The position numbers and the translations under genes were made by a program. The notes beneath the pieces are model-generated. The model made no database searches and was not told the origin of the DNA. It saw nothing but the letters and a program-made list of their open reading frames with translations. From the IMG/VR virus record IMGVR_UViG_2852055501_000011, positions 20,357 to 84,356 of that record: a stretch of DNA of 64,000 nucleotides. One strand, given 5' to 3'. Positions 9,000 to 18,131 of this stretch are shown in pieces; position 1 is the first letter of the stretch; the number at the start of each line of letters is the position of its first letter. The stretch is from a virus. Taxonomy: Duplodnaviria > Caudoviricetes.

Positions 9000-9532
9000 G
9001 CGGATACCTCCGCCAGATACTGATTCCCGATCGCTTCCAACTCTTGTTTCAGCGCGAAAGAAGACAACCGGCGCGGGGTGATAAACGGACGCCAGATAAG
9101 AAGCATGGAGCCCTTGCTGTTACCATTTTTCTCCTCGCCCGTGACGGGATTAACGAAGTTGATACGGCCGCCGGTAATTACCCGGATTTCATCAACTGTT
9201 TTCAGTGCCTCCAGAAACCAGCCAACAGACATGTCTTCCGGTACCAGCATTACGACAGGCTGATTCTGCATGCGGGATTGTTCGGCTGCCTTTTCCACCC
9301 ACGGACGGATATTGCTGTATGGCGGGTTACACCAAATAGCACCATAACTGACCCACTCCGATTTGAGAGCGTCATCCTGTTCAGTCAGGTACCGAGAACA
9401 AAGTGCATTGATGTCACTCGCTGCGGCATCCAGATAGAATCCGAACTCCAGATCCAGCGCAGTGAAAAGCCACTCCGGAGTTTGCCAACTGTCTTTGTGC
9501 TCAGGGGCTGTTTTGCTTGCATATCCGGCCAT
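8996..9532 (-). CDS. Phage N6-adenine methyltransferase (phage Dam family)
   Basis: WQTP..LDAAAS..WCNPPYS motifs. Confidence 0.92.
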   Translation of the reverse strand: MAGYASKTAPEHKDSWQTPEWLFTALDLEFGFYLDAAASDINALCSRYLTEQDDALKSEWVSYGAIWCNPPYSNIRPWVEKAAEQSRMQNQPVVMLVPEDMSVGWFLEALKTVDEIRVITGGRINFVNPVTGEEKNGNSKGSMLLIWRPFITPRRLSSFALKQELEAIGNQYLAEVSA

Positions 9533-9774
9533 CAGATAACCCCCTCACGCAGGTAGTGCTTCACCTTGTGGCGAATCAGGGTGTACTCATCTCTGATATT
9601 AAAAAAGTCAGCGATATCAGGTCGGCCACGTAAGCATTTGATTGCCAGGTTGCGCAAATGCCAATCCTTACGAATATCGCGCAGTACCCACCACCGACGG
9701 ATCTGATGCTGGACGGCCAGAGCCGGGAACACACTCACGCCATAAATTTCTTTGCTTTCTGAGCGCATGTTCAT
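9532..9774 (-). CDS. Hypothetical protein
   Basis: 80-aa ORF translationally coupled between rep and the methyltransferase. Confidence 0.55.
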   Translation of the reverse strand: MNMRSESKEIYGVSVFPALAVQHQIRRWWVLRDIRKDWHLRNLAIKCLRGRPDIADFFNIRDEYTLIRHKVKHYLREGVI

Positions 9775-10655
9775 GCTGTCTCCCGTTCTTTGGCGGCCTG
9801 CTCTGTGGCCTGTTTCCAGTACCCGCGAAATGCTGCTCGTCCGGCAATTTCATTCATACGCCCAATGTAGGATTTGTGTTTTGCGACCAGCTCCTGTACG
9901 CGGTTTTCTGGCTTCCAGTCGGAGGATGAGAACATTTTTCTGAAGACTTCATCGCACTCGGTGGTGTCGATGTTCTTTGAGTCCGCAGCGCGTTTAAATC
10001 CGGCGGCCGTATTCAGCCAGTATCTGAAACCGGCATTCCAGTCAGCGTATTGGGTACCCTTGCTGGCGTGGTAGTCGCTGAATTTCTGAAACTCGTCCTG
10101 AATATCCAGACCGGCGGCTTTGGCCTGATCGGTGTGTTCTGGTGTCGGAACAAAGTTTTCCGGCATCACGGTTTTGCTTTTGGTTTTTCCGCGAACAGGA
10201 TTAATATTTTTATTTTCTGGATCTATGACTGGATCATTACTGATTCTGGGTGCAGCTCCTGCACCACTATCGGAACCAGTTGCACCACCTGGTGAATCTG
10301 CTGCACCAGTCCCGGAACCATTTGCACCACTCACCCCCGCAGGATTTGCACCATATGGTGCAGCAGATTCACCACTCACAACGACAGCATTTAAACGCAG
10401 ATGATAGATATTTGACTGGTTCAGACCGTTGGCCGATTTCCGGGACTCAACACGAACCAACCCCATTTCCACCAAGGCGTTAATGTGGTTTTGCACTGAC
10501 CGCTCTGACATTTCGCACTGCTCAGCAATGTACGGCACAGACGGCCACGATTCGCCCTGGTCGTTGGCGTTATCCGCCAGCTTTACCAGTACCAGTTTGC
10601 GCAGCGCGTTGCCGGTTTTTATCTGCAAAGCCCGCGCAGTTAAAATCATACTCAT
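9771..10655 (-). CDS. Replication initiator with N-terminal HTH
   Basis: KLVLVKLADNANDQGESWPS..IAEQCEMSERSV; internal GA-rich repeat region. Confidence 0.9.
   Translation of the reverse strand: MSMILTARALQIKTGNALRKLVLVKLADNANDQGESWPSVPYIAEQCEMSERSVQNHINALVEMGLVRVESRKSANGLNQSNIYHLRLNAVVVSGESAAPYGANPAGVSGANGSGTGAADSPGGATGSDSGAGAAPRISNDPVIDPENKNINPVRGKTKSKTVMPENFVPTPEHTDQAKAAGLDIQDEFQKFSDYHASKGTQYADWNAGFRYWLNTAAGFKRAADSKNIDTTECDEVFRKMFSSSDWKPENRVQELVAKHKSYIGRMNEIAGRAAFRGYWKQATEQAAKERETA
10250..10375. repeat. Origin iterons within the rep gene
   Basis: Repeated TGCACCA/TGCAGC units next to an AT-rich tract. Confidence 0.7.
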
Positions 10656-10840
10656 GGTTTCACCTCACCCACGCGTGTATACCGCTCCTGAAAGGTTTTC
10701 AGAGGTTCAAAGCACGGATGTTCATAGCCGTCACGCATGAAAATCACCCGGCTGTTCTCCCGGTCGTACCGGATAACGTGAACTTTCCGCCCGCGGCTGT
10801 CGGTGTAATACCGATCAAGATTGTCAGCTGTTTCTTTCAT
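10652..10840 (-). CDS. DUF4222-like small protein
   Basis: YTDSRGRKVHVIRYD..VIFMRDGYEHPC..F. Confidence 0.75.
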   Translation of the reverse strand: MKETADNLDRYYTDSRGRKVHVIRYDRENSRVIFMRDGYEHPCFEPLKTFQERYTRVGEVKP

Positions 10841-11028
10841 ACCGCGGCTCCTGCTGTCTTACCCATGCGGTTAAAATCACCTACCGCCCACTTCACAAAC
10901 TGGTAGTTTGTTTCTGAGAAACCTTCCGGTACTCTTACCGTATAAACAAATGCGGCAGGGTCTTTACCACCCTTCACAGGAGCAACGCGGAGTTGCGCAA
11001 AGCCTGCCAAATGAGTTAATCTGCTCAT
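10837..11028 (-). CDS. Hypothetical protein
   Basis: 63-aa ORF with RBS, coupled to the next gene. Confidence 0.55.
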   Translation of the reverse strand: MSRLTHLAGFAQLRVAPVKGGKDPAAFVYTVRVPEGFSETNYQFVKWAVGDFNRMGKTAGAAV

Positions 11029-11092
11029 GCGTTTATCTCTTCACACAAATTGATATAGCGCGACCGAAGCCGGAGGCCGTATACCTTCGGCT

Positions 11093-11590
11093 TCACCCTT
11101 TCTTCCGGTAAATCTTCCGGTAAATTTCGATAAGCGAATGCCTGTATTCAGTTTCTGCGGCAATGCACCGGTTATGTTTCCTGATAATCTCAATAGCTTC
11201 TTTTTCATCGATATACCCGTCATTCGAAATTGATTCCCCGATACACATGCTCAGAGCGGCCTTTCTTTGGTCTACCCTCATACGCAGGTCATGCAGCTCA
11301 ACACTGTCCAGTGCCCCGGCATCCGGCTTTTGGTATGAAACACGGCCTATACGCTCATTGAAGTAATCAGCTAAAAATTTCTCTTCTGACAGATCCTCCA
11401 GTGTTTCCAGCTGACCCAGCGTGAAATAACCGGTACCGTTTTTTTCGTTAAAGCGATTACGGAACGCGGGTAATCTGATATTCAGAATGGCCGCCAGGGC
11501 TTCATGACCGCCTGGGTAACTTTCCACAAAGTCAGAAACCCGTTGCTTAAGATCCACAATTGGAATTTCTTTCGGTAATTTGTTCTTCAT
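11093..11590 (-). CDS. YmfL-like/CII-position regulatory protein
   Basis: YPGGHEALAAILN..FRNRFNEK; immediately downstream of cro. Confidence 0.7.
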   Translation of the reverse strand: MKNKLPKEIPIVDLKQRVSDFVESYPGGHEALAAILNIRLPAFRNRFNEKNGTGYFTLGQLETLEDLSEEKFLADYFNERIGRVSYQKPDAGALDSVELHDLRMRVDQRKAALSMCIGESISNDGYIDEKEAIEIIRKHNRCIAAETEYRHSLIEIYRKIYRKKG

Positions 11591-11619
11591 TGCCTACTCG
11601 CTTTCAGGTTGGGTTGTAG

Positions 11620-11838
11620 TTAACCGTGCTTTTCTGTGCTGCTATGCTGATAAAGTTCAGGGTTGTACTTGAGTTTTCCGTCAGTTCGGCAGGCTGCCTC
11701 GAAGGCTCTGCTTTTTGGAATTAACCCACCCGGACGTTTCTTCCATTGGTAAAACGCTTCCGGGGTTATCCCAAAAAAATCAGCCACTTTTCCAGCACTA
11801 CCAAAATGCTTTTCGATCTCGCTTGTAGTCATTGGCAT
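11620..11838 (-). CDS. Cro-like repressor
   Basis: HFGSAGKVADFFGITPEAFYQW HTH; divergent from cI. Confidence 0.88.
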   Translation of the reverse strand: MPMTTSEIEKHFGSAGKVADFFGITPEAFYQWKKRPGGLIPKSRAFEAACRTDGKLKYNPELYQHSSTEKHG

Positions 11839-11933
11839 CCCCTTAGGTATTAGTAAAGTTAGATGTTATGGTATTAGTTATCTTTTATCAATAAAAAATA
11901 AGATAGGTTATGTATTGTCTAAGTGAGGTTAGG

Positions 11934-12566
11934 ATGGAGACTGTAGGAAGTAGAATAAAGAGACTAAGGAATACAACGAAAACAACACAGGTTGAGCTCG
12001 GCAAGTTCTGTGGTGTATCAGGCGTAGCGGTCGGCTTTTGGGAGAGGGATTTAAATCAACCAAGCGGTGATGCACTAATTAAGTTAGCGCAATTTTTTAA
12101 CACAACAGAACCGTATATTTTGTACGGAATACCGTCAAAGCATGCTGAAAATGTCATAACAACAATGCGAAAAATCCCTGTAATATCATACGTGCAGGCT
12201 GGATTATTTACTGAAAGTATTCCTGAAGATATATATAATGACGCACTTGAATACCTTGAGACATCAATAAAAACATCACCATCAAGTTTTGCCCTTATTG
12301 TAAAAGGTGATTCTATGACAAACCCTTCCGGTTCACCATCCATACCGGAGGGAGCAAAAGTAATTGTAGACCCAGAGGCGGAAGTCGTTAACGGGAAAAT
12401 TGTCGTAGCCCGCCTTGATGGAACAAGCGAAGTGACGATAAAAAAACTAGTAATAGATGGCCCGAGTAAATTTCTATCCCCCCTAAACCCCCGCTACCCA
12501 AACATTTCCATTAACGGAAACTGCCTAATCATTGGGGTTGTCCGTGGTGTACAATACGAACTCTAA
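11934..12566 (+). CDS. CI-like repressor (HTH plus S24 peptidase)
   Basis: HTH, VQAG cleavage site, GDSM catalytic Ser, TIKKL catalytic Lys. Confidence 0.95.
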   Translation: METVGSRIKRLRNTTKTTQVELGKFCGVSGVAVGFWERDLNQPSGDALIKLAQFFNTTEPYILYGIPSKHAENVITTMRKIPVISYVQAGLFTESIPEDIYNDALEYLETSIKTSPSSFALIVKGDSMTNPSGSPSIPEGAKVIVDPEAEVVNGKIVVARLDGTSEVTIKKLVIDGPSKFLSPLNPRYPNISINGNCLIIGVVRGVQYEL

Positions 12567-12666
12567 TTTGTCTTAATCACGCAAATCTAATTTTAATAAG
12601 ATTTGCGTTGACCCACAAGCGAAGATATCTTAGACTAAAACCTAATGAAGATTAGGAGAGAATCTA

Positions 12667-12879
12667 ATGCAAACCGAACCAATCATCACCACAAACAACA
12701 TGTCAGTAGACGATGTTGCCGCGTGGATCACCGAAAAAGCCCAGGCACTTCAAAAGCTGGAATCTCTGCGTGCAGAACGTGACAGAGAGATCCGCGACCA
12801 CGAACGCACTATCAGTCGACTCGATGAAGATATCATCAAGTGGGAAGAGCGCTGTACTTTAACAGTACAACCGCAGTAA
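12667..12879 (+). CDS. Small coiled-coil hypothetical protein, first gene of the PL operon
   Basis: AGGAG RBS; TTGACC..TAGACT promoter upstream. Confidence 0.65.
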   Translation: MQTEPIITTNNMSVDDVAAWITEKAQALQKLESLRAERDREIRDHERTISRLDEDIIKWEERCTLTVQPQ

Positions 12880-13099
12880 CGGCTGCGTATCTGAATAACT
12901 GTGTGAAGAGTAAACGACCCCACAACAATAACCATGCAATACCATTAGCGGCCGTGCATAACGCGGTGCAGTCCACCAGCCGGCCGCCGTTTTTTACAAA
13001 CATAAGTCCACCGGCGTAAATCGTCCTGCCGGATAGATACCTTGCCTGACCGCTGGTGGACTTATCTTTGTGTGAAGAGACAACGAAAGGAAAAACGCA

Positions 13100-13462
13100 A
13101 TGAGCGAGAATAACCGCATGACCAGTGTACCGGACTTTCTCTCCGAGTTAGACGCCGGTGTGTTTGAAAACAAACTTTCTGCTGCACTGAATGAAGTCGC
13201 TTTTGGTACCAATAAGAACGGCGGTACTGGTGAAGTACACGTGATTTTTAAATTCACTCAGTCAGATGAAGACCGCGTGAAAATATCTCACAAACTGAAA
13301 ATGGTTACACCGACTAAGCGCGGTAAAAAATCGGAAGAGGATACAACCGAAACACCGATGTGGGTCGGTAAAGGCGGGAAACTCACTATTCTACCGGAAG
13401 ACCAGGGGCAGTTATTTGGTATTGACGGCAGTATCGACGGGAAATTAAAAGCCATTAATTAA
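13100..13462 (+). CDS. YfdP-like phage protein
   Basis: VPDFLSELDAGVF..PTKRGKKSEEDTTETPMWVGKGG; precedes the DUF2303 gene. Confidence 0.8.
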   Translation: MSENNRMTSVPDFLSELDAGVFENKLSAALNEVAFGTNKNGGTGEVHVIFKFTQSDEDRVKISHKLKMVTPTKRGKKSEEDTTETPMWVGKGGKLTILPEDQGQLFGIDGSIDGKLKAIN

Positions 13463-13527
13463 TTTCCACTTTTTAAATAAATCATTCCATTTACTTTTTA
13501 TGTTTTTAATTAAACAGGAGTCTTTTT

Positions 13528-14355
13528 ATGTCTAATTTAGACGGAACCGCTATTTCTCAGATTCAGAATATGGCCGTTGCTTCATTAAGTCTGGACGCTG
13601 TAAATAAATCCCTCTGCCCTGCTGTGGTTTTACCGGGTGATTTCAATGTTAAAAGCCTGGAGCACTTACAGGAAGGTCGCTATCGCTTCCGTGGTGCGAT
13701 GGATACAACCAGTATCACTGACTTTGTGAAGTATTCCCTGCAACACGGTGTTGAGGAAGGTGTCAGCTGCTTTATTGATGCTGATGAAATGGCCGCTAAA
13801 ACCATCTTTAATATCGGTTCCATCGGTGAGCCTGGGCATGCAGATAATACAGCCACTGTATCACTGAAAAAGACATCGCCTTTTGCATCACTGCTGAATG
13901 TTAACGGCCGCCGTCAGGGTCAGAAAGAACTGGCGGAATGGCTGGAAGACTGGCGCGATAACCTGATGGCATTTGATGCAGAAGGTAATGTTATTGATAT
14001 TAAGCAGGCAATCAATGCTGTGCGCAAAATCACCATTGAAGCAAGCCGCTCCGCAGATCATGAGGACCGTGATTTTGGTGCCAGCCGCTCCGTAATGGAA
14101 AGCGTGGAAGCAAAAAGCCGTGACATCATGCCTGCTGTATTTCAGTTTACCTGCACACCATACGATGAACTGTCTGAACGTGCTATCAAACTGCGTTACA
14201 GCGTTCTGACCGGTGGTGATGTACCTGTGCTGGTACTGCGTATTGTTCAGCTGGAAAAACTGGAAGAACAAATCGCCCAGGAATTCCGTGATCTGCTGGC
14301 TGATAAATTCGAAGAAACCGAAATTCAAACCTATATCGGTAAATTCAAAGCTTAA
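13528..14355 (+). CDS. DUF2303 (YfdQ-like) protein
   Basis: RYRFRGAM..GHADN..QKELAEWLEDW. Confidence 0.88.
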   Translation: MSNLDGTAISQIQNMAVASLSLDAVNKSLCPAVVLPGDFNVKSLEHLQEGRYRFRGAMDTTSITDFVKYSLQHGVEEGVSCFIDADEMAAKTIFNIGSIGEPGHADNTATVSLKKTSPFASLLNVNGRRQGQKELAEWLEDWRDNLMAFDAEGNVIDIKQAINAVRKITIEASRSADHEDRDFGASRSVMESVEAKSRDIMPAVFQFTCTPYDELSERAIKLRYSVLTGGDVPVLVLRIVQLEKLEEQIAQEFRDLLADKFEETEIQTYIGKFKA

Positions 14356-14453
14356 TTATTTTATGCCGCTTTAACCGGCGGCATTTCTACTGCCAACACC
14401 AGAGAATAAGTTAGTTTAATAAAATATAGAATCTTTATTACATAGAGGCCTCC

Positions 14454-14681
14454 ATGCCTGAACAAAAAAAACAAAGCGTTAAAATGATTATTACTGTGGC
14501 ATTAGGTACCCCACCCACTATTAACGTTGATGTACAGAATGAACTTCATATTAATGAAGAACAACCTCTTACAAAATATTTCTTAGAAAGAGTTAGTGAA
14601 TATATTTCCGGCAAAGAAGCAATAACGAATGCAATAACAAAAGCCGCACAAGATACTCTGACAAAAAGAAATATACACTAA
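14454..14681 (+). CDS. AT-rich hypothetical protein
   Basis: GAGG RBS, 75-aa ORF. Confidence 0.5.
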   Translation: MPEQKKQSVKMIITVALGTPPTINVDVQNELHINEEQPLTKYFLERVSEYISGKEAITNAITKAAQDTLTKRNIH

Positions 14682-14723
14682 AAAATAATGGCTTTTTATT
14701 ACCTAAATTGTGTGGAGAGATAA

Positions 14724-15446
14724 ATGTTATATATATCAACCAGTACCGGAAAACATATTGATTTCGTCAATATCACTCCGGATCAGATTTGTATCGAAGA
14801 TATCGCGCGCGGTCTGTCGAATGAATGCCGCTTTGCCGGGCAACTGGAAAGTTTCTATTCCGTGGCTCAGCACTCTGTATATGTCAGCCAGATTGTGCCG
14901 CCGGAATACGCACTGGAAGCGCTGCTGCACGATGCCGCTGAGGCGTATATCAAAGATATCCCCTCACCGCTGAAAGCCATGCTGCCGGACTACAAGGCCG
15001 TGGAAAAACGCATTGAAGCGGTTATCCGTGAAAATTTCGGCCTGCCGCCGGTAATGACAGTTGATGTTCACTATGCCGATCTGGTCATGCTGGCGACCGA
15101 AAAACGGGACTTTGAAATAGACCCCGGCGGCCACTGGCCGATGCTGGATTCAGCCCCACCACATGATGACATCATTATCCGGCCACTGACACCGCCGCAG
15201 GCATATCACCAGTTTATGGCCCGGTTTGAAATCCTAACAAGAGGTGATTCATTTCCAGAGATACTAGAGCTTGGCCTCAGTGTGCGGGCTGCAAATTGCC
15301 TTAAACAGGCAGGGATAGTAACAACAGGGCTGTTACTGAAAGAAACAGAAGTAAACCTCTTAAGAATACCAGGAATTGGGAGTCAGATACTCAGAGAAAT
15401 AATTGAATCGATAAAACCATTCGGACTTAAGTTAAAAAAAGGATAG
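14724..15446 (+). CDS. YfdR-like HD-domain nucleotidase fused to an RNA polymerase alpha-CTD-like domain
   Basis: RFAGQ..YSVAQHS..LLHDAAEAY; C-terminus ELGLSVRAANCLKQAGI..TEVNLLRIPGIG aligns by eye with RpoA DLELTVRSANCLKAEAI..TEVELLKTPNLG. Confidence 0.85.
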   Translation: MLYISTSTGKHIDFVNITPDQICIEDIARGLSNECRFAGQLESFYSVAQHSVYVSQIVPPEYALEALLHDAAEAYIKDIPSPLKAMLPDYKAVEKRIEAVIRENFGLPPVMTVDVHYADLVMLATEKRDFEIDPGGHWPMLDSAPPHDDIIIRPLTPPQAYHQFMARFEILTRGDSFPEILELGLSVRAANCLKQAGIVTTGLLLKETEVNLLRIPGIGSQILREIIESIKPFGLKLKKG

Positions 15447-15451
15447 TAATA

Positions 15452-16021
15452 GTGAATAAATTCAAACATCTGATGATTGATCTTGAAGTTATGGCTAAAA
15501 AGCCGGATGGCGCTATAGCAGCTATTGCGGCTGTACCGTTCGATATGGTTTCCGGTGTAACCGATGATGCGCTTTTTTATGAGGTGGTCGATCTGCGTAG
15601 TAGTGCCGGATTGGGCGGAAGTATCGACGCTGATACCGTGCTGTGGTGGCTGGGTAAAAGCGATAATGCCCGTGGTGAAATCATTAATAGCGAAAAGGCC
15701 ATTGAACTGCCTGACGCACTGCTCGGCCTCAGTTCATTCGTTTCTGAGTTCTGTGGAGAACAGGTTCAGGTATGGGGTAACGGAAGTAGTTTCGATAACG
15801 TTATTTTGCGATCAGCTTATGAAAACTGCGGGATAACTCCGTTCTGGAAGCACTGGAATGACCGGGATGTGCGCACCATTGTCGAACTTGGCCGCAATGC
15901 CGGCATCGACCCGAAAAAAGATTTCCCGTTTGTTGGTGAAGCACACAATGCACTGGATGATGCATTGCACCAGGTGAATTACGTGGTCGCAATCCACCAG
16001 CATTTATTAAAAAACCTCTAA
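15452..16021 (+). CDS. DEDDh 3'-5' exonuclease (phage exoribonuclease family)
   Basis: MIDLE, WGNGSSFD, RDVRT, HNALDDA motifs. Confidence 0.9.
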   Translation: MNKFKHLMIDLEVMAKKPDGAIAAIAAVPFDMVSGVTDDALFYEVVDLRSSAGLGGSIDADTVLWWLGKSDNARGEIINSEKAIELPDALLGLSSFVSEFCGEQVQVWGNGSSFDNVILRSAYENCGITPFWKHWNDRDVRTIVELGRNAGIDPKKDFPFVGEAHNALDDALHQVNYVVAIHQHLLKNL

Positions 16022-16051
16022 TCGTATACGGCGATGTGTGGAGAGAAGATT

Positions 16052-16240
16052 ATGAATACTGAACCGACAAGATACATAAAAATGAAGGAAATGATTTCTC
16101 TGACGGGAAAAAGTAAACCGACACTGTGGCGGATGTACGCGAAACGAAACGAGTTTCCGAAGCCGGAAAGAACGAAAGGCGGGACTTTTTTGGGATGGTC
16201 TGAAACTGTTTATGAGGATTGGGTCAGGAGTGAAAAATAA
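16052..16240 (+). CDS. AlpA/TorI-like excisionase (recombination directionality factor)
   Basis: MKEMISLTGKSKPTLWRM..FPKP..LGW; last gene before att. Confidence 0.85.
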   Translation: MNTEPTRYIKMKEMISLTGKSKPTLWRMYAKRNEFPKPERTKGGTFLGWSETVYEDWVRSEK

Positions 16241-16316
16241 AATACTAACTAGACCCGTTACTTAACCCGCTTTCTGGCGGGTTTTCTTTCCCCGTTATAT
16301 AACTTATTGATTTATA

Positions 16317-16361
16317 TGGTACGCCCTACAGGATTCGAACCTGTGACCTACGGCTTAGAAG
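16317..16361 (-). other. att site: duplicated 3' half of tRNA-Arg(UCU), junction of the two prophages
   Basis: Reverse complement CTTCTAAGCCGTAGGTCACAGGTTCGAATCCTGTAGGGCGTACCA runs from the anticodon loop to CCA; the 5' half is absent. Confidence 0.9.
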
Positions 16362-16432
16362 AGCGTAGAATTAATCCTTTGTAATCAATTAAATATGGAA
16401 GTAACCAGTGTTCACGCACCATTTCCATAATG

Positions 16433-16499
16433 AAGTTGTTCAAAGTCGTTCTATGTCATTTCAAGTCATTTTAGTTTATCCGCCCCATTTCCGCCCCAT
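16433..16499. promoter_or_regulatory. att arm: four 10-bp-phased repeats and two integrase arm-type sites
   Basis: AAGTTGTTCA/AAGTCGTTCT/ATGTCATTTC/AAGTCATTTT then TCCGCCCCAT twice; similar CGTCCCA repeats at 63934-63973. Confidence 0.6.
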
Positions 16500-16551
16500 C
16501 ATACAATCCCCCTGCTATACTCCCATCATCACCCACCACTCCGAAACCAAC

Positions 16552-16776
16552 ATGCACAACATCGCCAACCTACCCCAAGACGAAAAAGACAAAATTAATG
16601 CCGATTTAGCCGCATCCGGTATCGCGTACAAAGAAAGACTCGGACTGCCGTATGATCTGTACGAAACAGAAAACCAGCAGCCCGAGCATTTACGCCCGTA
16701 CTTCAGAGAGAGGCTGGAGCACTACAGGGAGATCGGGAAAAGGTTTCCGCGCGGGTTCGAGTATGAGAAGGAGTGA
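16552..16776 (+). CDS. DNA polymerase III theta subunit homolog (HolE/HOT-like)
   Basis: NIANLPQDEKDKINADLAASGIAYKERL..QPEHLRPYFRERLEHYR. Confidence 0.88.
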   Translation: MHNIANLPQDEKDKINADLAASGIAYKERLGLPYDLYETENQQPEHLRPYFRERLEHYREIGKRFPRGFEYEKE

Positions 16777-16853
16777 TCATGTCACGTTCATGCTGACCTA
16801 TCTTGACAGGAATGGTAAACTCACGCATAAATTTTCGTTATGCATGAGACAAA

Positions 16854-17216
16854 ATGATTCAGTTGTTTTATAAATACTTCTCTGTTGGTGTTATCAACAC
16901 CCTGCTCCATTGGGCTGTCTTTGCCGTACTGGTCTACTTAGCCAGCACAACACAGGCGACAGCTAACCTGATTGCGTTCATTGTCGCTGTCACCTTCTCG
17001 TTTTTTGCCAACGCAAAGTTCACTTTCAAGAAAAAGGCTACCGGTGGCCGCTATGTAGCCTTTGTAGGGTTCATGGGTGTGCTTAGTTACCTGACCGGCT
17101 TCATCGCGGATAAAGTCAATGCCGCACCTATTATCACCTTGGTGGCGTTTTCAGCTATCAGCCTGGTGCTCGGATTTCTTTACTCAAAATTATTTGTTTT
17201 TAAAGGCATGGAATAA
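16854..17216 (+). CDS. gtrA: Bactoprenol-linked glucose translocase
   Basis: 120 aa, four TM segments, [22 protein letters not shown]. Confidence 0.95.
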   Translation: MIQLFYKYFSVGVINTLLHWAVFAVLVYLASTTQATANLIAFIVAVTFSFFANAKFTFKKKATGGRYVAFVGFMGVLSYLTGFIADKVNAAPIITLVAFSAISLVLGFLYSKLFVFKGME

Positions 17217-18130
17217 TGAAAATATCATTAGTCGTCCCGGTATTTAATGAAGAAGAAGCAATACCTATCTTCTACAAAACTGTCCGTGAAAATGAAGAAC
17301 TAAAAAAGCATGAAGTCGAAATCATCTTCATCAATGACGGCAGCAAGGACTCAACAGAAAGTATCATCAATGCACTGGCTATTGCAGACAGCCTGGTTAA
17401 GCCACTGAGCTTCACGCGTAACTTTGGCAAAGAACCCGCTCTGTTTGCTGGCCTTGACCACGCTACTGGCGATGCAGTTATTCCTATTGATGTTGACCTG
17501 CAAGACCCTATCGATGTTATCCCTGTTCTCATTGAGAAATGGCAGGAAGGCGCTGACGTTGTTCTGGCAAAACGCACAGACCGATCAACCGATGGGTGGT
17601 TAAAACGTAAAACCGCCGAGTGGTTCTATAAGCTGCACAATAAAATCAGCACACCGAAAATCGAAGAAAATGTTGGTGATTTCCGGCTGATGTCACGCGA
17701 AACGGTAGAAAACATCAAGCTGCTGCCAGAGCGTAACCTGTTCATGAAAGGTGTTCTGTCATGGGTCGGCGGTAACGTTGATATTGTGGAATACACCCGC
17801 GCCGAACGATCAGCAGGTGAATCGAAATTTAATGGCTGGAAGCTGTGGAATCTCGCACTTGAAGGCATCACCAGCTTCTCCACTTTCCCGCTCCGTATGT
17901 GGACATACATCGGCCTGTTTGTTGCCGCGCTGTCATTTGTGTACGGAGGATGGATGATCATCGATAAACTCATATGGGGCAACCCTGTGCCTGGATATCC
18001 GTCACTGCTTGTGTCTATTTTGTTCCTTGGTGGCATCCAGTTAATCGGGATAGGTGTGCTTGGTGAGTATATTGGACGTATTTACACTGAAAGCAAAAAG
18101 CGTCCTAAATATTTGTTGAAAAGGAAGTAA
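17216..18130 (+). CDS. gtrB: Bactoprenol glucosyltransferase
   Basis: [22 protein letters not shown]2 with two C-terminal TM segments. Confidence 0.97.
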   Translation: MKISLVVPVFNEEEAIPIFYKTVRENEELKKHEVEIIFINDGSKDSTESIINALAIADSLVKPLSFTRNFGKEPALFAGLDHATGDAVIPIDVDLQDPIDVIPVLIEKWQEGADVVLAKRTDRSTDGWLKRKTAEWFYKLHNKISTPKIEENVGDFRLMSRETVENIKLLPERNLFMKGVLSWVGGNVDIVEYTRAERSAGESKFNGWKLWNLALEGITSFSTFPLRMWTYIGLFVAALSFVYGGWMIIDKLIWGNPVPGYPSLLVSILFLGGIQLIGIGVLGEYIGRIYTESKKRPKYLLKRK

Positions 18131-18131
18131 G

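Larger units (their letters stand above)
1..16316. mobile_element. Prophage A, HK97/SfV/KplE1-like lambdoid prophage, truncated by the window start
   Basis: Contiguous terL-terS-HNH-lysis-Q-replication-cro/cI-yfdPQR-like-excisionase gene order ending at a tRNA-derived att site. Confidence 0.93.

Noticed and set aside
4738-9532. Restriction-modification system
   Set aside because: Both methyltransferases are orphan types common in lambdoid phages; no adjacent restriction endonuclease
10250-10375. Novel repeat array
   Set aside because: Explained as origin iterons inside the initiator gene, as is 52408-52484
16317-16361. Complete tRNA-Arg gene
   Set aside because: Only the anticodon loop to CCA is present; the adjacent sequence cannot form the D arm or the acceptor 5' strand
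16640-16853. Dam/OxyR phase-variation switch upstream of gtrA
   Set aside because: The GATC sites are scattered, mostly inside the holE-like gene, and not in the paired arrangement known from P22 gtr
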